A stretch of 64,000 bases of DNA from an uncultured Verrucomicrobiae bacterium (GTDB taxonomy: Bacteria; Verrucomicrobiota; Verrucomicrobiia; Chthoniobacterales; JAATET01). The DNA lies in NCBI GenBank assembly GCA_963803825.1, contig CAWDOJ010000009.1, forward strand, positions 4,991-68,990, in the 5' to 3' direction. Under the pieces are notes generated by a model. It searched no databases, had not been told where the DNA came from, and saw only the letters and a list, made by a program, of their open reading frames with translations. Both the position numbers and the translations under genes were made by a program. Of the stretch, positions 59,823-64,000 are shown one piece after another (position 1 is the stretch's first letter; the number at the start of each line of letters is the position of its first letter).

Positions 59823-60647
59823 ATGACCGAACTCGTTCCCGCCCAGATCGCCGCCGGACTAGCCGCCGGCCAGACCAACTCCAACCTCGCCTTTGCGCTC
59901 GCCTTTCTGCCGATCGACCGCCGAGATGACGCCCTGGTTTTCTACCGCTTCTGTCGCATCGTTGACGACATCGCGGATACCGACGAGCTGGATCTACCGT
60001 CTAAGGAACGCTCGCTCGCGGCGTGGACCCGCGCGCTAACCGATCATCCCAGCGACCTCCCAGCGGATCTCCGCGACCTCATCGAGCGTCGTGAGATCGA
60101 TCGTCAACTCCTCGTCGAGATCGTCGCGGGCATGACGATGGATCTGCGCCAGACCCGCTACGACACTTACGACGAACTCCAAGCCTACTGCTGGCGCGCG
60201 GCCTCCGCCGTCGGTCTGGCGAGCATCCGGATCTTCGGTGCCCCCCAACCCGGGAGCGCGTCCTACGCCGAAGCTCTCGGACTGGCCCTGCAACTCACGA
60301 ACATCCTCCGCGACGTGAAAGAAGACGCGGCCCGTGATCGCATCTATCTGCCGACGGAGGACCTCTACCGGTTTCGCGTCAAGGAAAGCGACATCCTGGA
60401 ATCGCGAGACTCGACCAACTTCCGCCGCCTTGCAGCGTTCCAGGCCGACCGAGCGACCGCCTTCTATGAACAAGCCGCCGAGGCCTTACCCGCCAGCGAC
60501 CGCGCCGCCCTTCGCACCGCCGAGATCATGCGAGCCATCTACGAACGCACGCTTGGCAAGATGCGCGCGGACAACTTCCAAGTTTTCCGAAGACGCTACC
60601 GCCTAAATCGCCTTCAGAAGCTCTGGCTGGCCTGCACGACGCGCTGA
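59823..60647 (+). CDS. Squalene/phytoene synthase family protein (HpnD/CrtB-like)
   Basis: FYRFCRIVDDIADT (first Asp-rich motif), YCWRAASAVG, LTNILRDVKEDAARDRIYLP (second motif). Confidence 0.8.
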   Translation: MTELVPAQIAAGLAAGQTNSNLAFALAFLPIDRRDDALVFYRFCRIVDDIADTDELDLPSKERSLAAWTRALTDHPSDLPADLRDLIERREIDRQLLVEIVAGMTMDLRQTRYDTYDELQAYCWRAASAVGLASIRIFGAPQPGSASYAEALGLALQLTNILRDVKEDAARDRIYLPTEDLYRFRVKESDILESRDSTNFRRLAAFQADRATAFYEQAAEALPASDRAALRTAEIMRAIYERTLGKMRADNFQVFRRRYRLNRLQKLWLACTTR

Positions 60648-60662
60648 GGCGGGACTTCCCCC

Positions 60663-61772
60663 TCACACCCCGATCTTCGCAAGCAAACGATCCACGTCGA
60701 CGTGCTCGCTGACCAATTCCTGGATTCGCGAGATTTTGTCCGAATCACCCGGGAGCGTTTTCACGGTCATGGAATTGATCCGGCTCGCGATGGTGTAACT
60801 ATCCATCGGCGAAGCGATCACCGGCAGCGACGAATTCGCGATGATGTTCGCCACGGGCCCCGTCGGGCGGAGCGACTCTGAAAGCACGAGGCCGGCGATA
60901 CTGTGTCCACCGTCCGCCCCTTGCTGCTCCGCTTCCGAGTGGGCTGCTAGGATGATGTCTTCGCGGTCGCCCGGCGTCACGAGGAGGGTCCGCTCCTCGA
61001 GTCGGCTCAGCACGTTGGTCGGGCGCATCGCTCCGATCATCACGGTGGCGACGCGGCGACGCACCGCGTCCTCGCCACTCAGAAATTCGCCGCGGATCTT
61101 CGAGCGGATGTCGGCCAGCGTGGGCTCGGCCAACAGCCGTTCTTGCGGGATGACGCCGAGCAATTCCAGACCCAACCGGGCAAAGCCCCGCTTCGCGAAA
61201 TCCGAGATGTAATCGATCTTCGACGGCACGACTTTGTTCATTACGACACCGACCACCTCGACTCCCATCGAGTCGAACAGAGCTTTGTTGAGAGCCGCTT
61301 CGTCAATGGGCCGCCCGATCCCACCGGGCGTCACCAGCAGCACCTTCGCACCGAGCAGCTTGGCGACGTGAGCGTTCGAAAGATCGAAGACCGACCCGAC
61401 CCCCGCGTGGCCAGTGCCTTCGATAATCGCAAATTCCTTCTCCCAGGTCGCGCGGTCGAATGAGTTCTGGATCCGCTTGACCAGAAAGTCGTTGTTGGCC
61501 TTCTCGATGTATCGCCGGGTGAAATCTGGCTCCACCGCGATGGGACTCATGTCGGCGATGGGCGTGTCCGTCCCGTAGGTGTCGCGGATGAGAACACTGT
61601 CTTCGTCGATCCTCACGCCATCGACTTCGGTGAATCGCTGCCCGACCGGCTTGATGAAGCCGATCTTCGGAAACCTCTTTCGCAGCACCCCGTAGAGGCC
61701 CAGCGAGGTCGTGGTTTTACCGGTGTCCTGCTCCGTGGCAGCGACGAAAATGCGCGGAGTCGTCGTGTTCAA
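60663..61772 (-). CDS. BioD-like P-loop + DRTGG domain protein (equivalent to the N-terminal region of E. coli-type Pta)
   Basis: IFVAATEQDTGKTTTSLGL (P-loop), EGTGHAGVGSV, C-terminal DRTGG-like LLVTPGDREDIILAA. Confidence 0.7.
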   Translation of the reverse strand: MNTTTPRIFVAATEQDTGKTTTSLGLYGVLRKRFPKIGFIKPVGQRFTEVDGVRIDEDSVLIRDTYGTDTPIADMSPIAVEPDFTRRYIEKANNDFLVKRIQNSFDRATWEKEFAIIEGTGHAGVGSVFDLSNAHVAKLLGAKVLLVTPGGIGRPIDEAALNKALFDSMGVEVVGVVMNKVVPSKIDYISDFAKRGFARLGLELLGVIPQERLLAEPTLADIRSKIRGEFLSGEDAVRRRVATVMIGAMRPTNVLSRLEERTLLVTPGDREDIILAAHSEAEQQGADGGHSIAGLVLSESLRPTGPVANIIANSSLPVIASPMDSYTIASRINSMTVKTLPGDSDKISRIQELVSEHVDVDRLLAKIGV

Positions 61773-61784
61773 ATCGCCGTATCG

Positions 61785-62828
61785 TCAGACCGCCGCCTGC
61801 TCCCCAGGGTAGAGTTTGCGGTATTCGATGGCTTGGAGGCCGACCAGCGCGGCGACGCTGACGATCTCGTCAGGATGCGTGCCGCGCGACAACTCCGCCG
61901 CTGGGCGGGTCAACCCCAACATCAGCTGCCCGTAGACGCGAGCCTTCGCGAGGTGCTGCACGAGCTTTACCGAGATGTTCCCGGAGTTCAGATCTGGGAA
62001 AATCAGACAATTCGCTTTGCCCGCCACCATTCCACCCGGAGCTTTGATCCCGGCTAATTCCGGCAGCAAAGCCGCGTCGGCTTGGAGCTCCCCGTCGACC
62101 TCCATCTCGATGTCATGCTTCGTCGCCAGCTCGCGAGTCAACGCCGCCGCCCGCGACACCCGCTCAGTCGTGGGGTTGATCGCGCTCCCTTTCGTCGAGA
62201 AGCTTAATAGCGCCACCCGCGCCTTCGCGGAGAAGACTTGCCGCGCGAGCATCCCGGTCTGCAAGGCGATGGACGCGAGTTGCTCCATCGTCGGCTCGGG
62301 AACGACACCGCAGTCGCTGAAAAACAGCACCCCATCGTCTCCAAAGGTGCTGTCCGGGACAGACACCACCATGCAGCCCGCCACGACCTCAGCGTGGGGG
62401 AAGCGCTTCACGATCTGCAGCAGTGGTCGGAGCAACGACCCGCCGTAGGAACTCACGCCACCCACCAAGCCATCGACCAGACCGAGCTGCAACATCATCG
62501 ACGCAAAATAGTTGCGATTCACCATGATCGCTCTGGAGTCGTTGATCCCGTAGCCGCGATAGCGGTCCAACTTCTCGATCCACTCGCAGAAGCGGGGTAG
62601 ATCCGACGAAGTCTCGGGATTGATGATGGCGACGTGGTCCAGGGAGACCTTCTCAGCCAAGGCGACCTTCTCGATCACCTCGCGCCGTCCGAGGAGCACA
62701 GGCACCCCGAGGTTCTCTTCGTAGAACGTCTGCGCAGCCCGGAGCACCCGCGGATCGTCTCCCTCGGGAAACACAATTCGCTTCGGGTGCCTTCGCAATT
62801 TCTCGTAGACCGATTCAATAAAACTCAT
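61785..62828 (-). CDS. pta: Phosphate acetyltransferase (PTA_PTB catalytic domain only)
   Basis: KRIVFPEGDDPRVLRAA, NYFASMMLQLGLVDGLVGG, FSDCGV, LLSFSTKGS, LIFPDLNSGNI. Confidence 0.9.
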   Translation of the reverse strand: MSFIESVYEKLRRHPKRIVFPEGDDPRVLRAAQTFYEENLGVPVLLGRREVIEKVALAEKVSLDHVAIINPETSSDLPRFCEWIEKLDRYRGYGINDSRAIMVNRNYFASMMLQLGLVDGLVGGVSSYGGSLLRPLLQIVKRFPHAEVVAGCMVVSVPDSTFGDDGVLFFSDCGVVPEPTMEQLASIALQTGMLARQVFSAKARVALLSFSTKGSAINPTTERVSRAAALTRELATKHDIEMEVDGELQADAALLPELAGIKAPGGMVAGKANCLIFPDLNSGNISVKLVQHLAKARVYGQLMLGLTRPAAELSRGTHPDEIVSVAALVGLQAIEYRKLYPGEQAAV

Positions 62829-62909
62829 GGCAGTTGATTCCCAGGAAAGCGTGAAAGAGAATGCTCCGTATCACAAGCCCGAAGCACCGGCCCCAGTCGC
62901 CACCGCTCC

Positions 62910-63776
62910 ATGGACCTCCGCGCTCGCCACCACCGCCTGACCTTCCCGCGCCGCCCACTGATCATGGGCATCGTGAACGTCAATGCCGATTCGTTCTGCG
63001 GAGACGGATCGATTGATCCCGACTGGGCATCGGCAAAAATGGTCAGCCTCGCGCGAGACGGCGCGGACATCCTCGACATCGGGGCGGAAAGCGCCCGCAC
63101 GAACCGCCCGCCCATCAGTGAGGCGGAAGAGATCGACCGCCTCCTGCCAGCGATGTCGGCTTATCGCTCGGCTTTCGCGAGTCCGGACGCCCCGCTGCTT
63201 TCAATCAATACTTGGCGCCCGCCCGTCGCGGCCGTCGCCCTGGCCGCCGGGGCCGACATCCTCAACGACATGGGCGGTCTTCCGACGGACGAGAACGCGC
63301 GTCTCTGCGCCGCTCACGGAGCCGCTCTCCTGGTCATGCATACCCGCGGAGCGCCGAAGGTCCCGCACCTCGCCACGACGTATCCCGACGTCGTGGCCGA
63401 CGTGGTGGAATTTTTCGAAAGCAAGATCGAGCAAGCGACCGCCGCCGGACTCGACCGGGAATGCCTCATCCTCGACCCCGGGATCGACTTCGCCAAGCAA
63501 CGCGCCGACAACCTCACGATCTTCCGCCACCTCGACCGCCTCGCCGCTCTCGGTTGCCCGATCCTCCTCCCGGTCTCGCGCAAGACCGTGATCGGTGAGG
63601 TCCTCGACCGCCCGGATCCGCGAGACCGCGACGCGGGCACCGCCGCCTGCATCGTCGCTGGCCACCTCCGGGGAGCCGCCATCTTCCGCGTCCACAACGT
63701 CCGCGCCGCCCGCCAAGTCCTCGACACGCTCGAGGCCGTCGGACCTTCTAGCCACGCGTCAGCCCCCGCCCATTAG
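62910..63776 (+). CDS. folP: Dihydropteroate synthase
   Basis: IMGIVNVNADSF, DIGAESARTN, INDMGG, ILDPGIDFAK, RKTVIGEV. Confidence 0.92.
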   Translation: MDLRARHHRLTFPRRPLIMGIVNVNADSFCGDGSIDPDWASAKMVSLARDGADILDIGAESARTNRPPISEAEEIDRLLPAMSAYRSAFASPDAPLLSINTWRPPVAAVALAAGADILNDMGGLPTDENARLCAAHGAALLVMHTRGAPKVPHLATTYPDVVADVVEFFESKIEQATAAGLDRECLILDPGIDFAKQRADNLTIFRHLDRLAALGCPILLPVSRKTVIGEVLDRPDPRDRDAGTAACIVAGHLRGAAIFRVHNVRAARQVLDTLEAVGPSSHASAPAH

Positions 63777-63786
63777 CTTCGGAGTC

Positions 63787-64000
63787 GTGCGCTTTCTCGT
63801 TCTCGCCGCCCGCATCCTCGTCGCCGCGCTCCTGCTCACGGCCGGCCTCATCAAAGCCGGAGCCAGCGAGGGCTTCGCGATCACCATCGCCGGGTTTTCG
63901 ATTCTTCCGCCAGGTGCCGTCACCGCCTTCGCCATCGGATTGCCGTGGGTCGAGATCGTCGCCGGGATCTTTCTACTCATCCCCCGCACCGTCCGCCTTG
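63787..64000 (+). CDS. MauE/DoxX-like membrane protein (5' part; runs off the window)
   Basis: GTG 63787 after ggag. My translation is VRFLVLAARILVAALLLTAGLIKAGASEGFAITIAGFSILPPGAVTAFAIGLPWVEIVAGIFLLIPRT. This resembles MauE/DoxX N-termini. Confidence 0.45.
   Translation, partial: MRFLVLAARILVAALLLTAGLIKAGASEGFAITIAGFSILPPGAVTAFAIGLPWVEIVAGIFLLIPRTVRL

Overview
High-GC bacterial chromosomal segment, densely coding (about 60 protein genes and 1 tRNA). Core housekeeping functions dominate: gcvT-gcvH-gcvP, glyA, aroB, trpA, folP, ffh-rpsP, rpmB-rph-trmD, der, recR, xerC, lepB, two class A PBPs, an HtrA protease and pta. I saw no rRNA, CRISPR array, transposase, phage gene or recognisable defence gene. 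I do not see a clear-cut novel multi-gene system in this window. The notable observations are these. (i) Five conserved genes (recR, one PBP1A, an RlmD-like methyltransferase, cls, glyA) are each broken by a single-base indel at a short homopolymer or simple repeat, which most likely reflects indel errors in the assembly. (ii) A co-directional module holds a zinc-ribbon Ser/Thr kinase, a zinc-finger-less ClpX paralogue and a membrane class III cyclase homologue. The last two genes are translationally coupled, and the cyclase catalytic Asp/Asp/Asn positions read Glu. (iii) There are two unusual fusions: an LMW phosphatase fused to SHMT, and a CtaG-like membrane domain fused to a CcoG/FixG-like polyferredoxin. 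The second fusion is flanked by a periplasmic thioredoxin and a FixH-like protein. (iv) A 350-bp non-coding gap contains an AT-rich promoter-like island and a 133-nt element closed by a perfect 10-bp helix. (v) There is an orphan ThiS, an orphan GspF-like protein and a split, permuted Pta. The many long ORFs antisense to real genes are GC-content artefacts. The protein repertoire (TIGR04073-like, DUF4912-like, FGE) weakly suggests a PVC/Verrucomicrobia-type organism, but that cannot be verified from the sequence alone.
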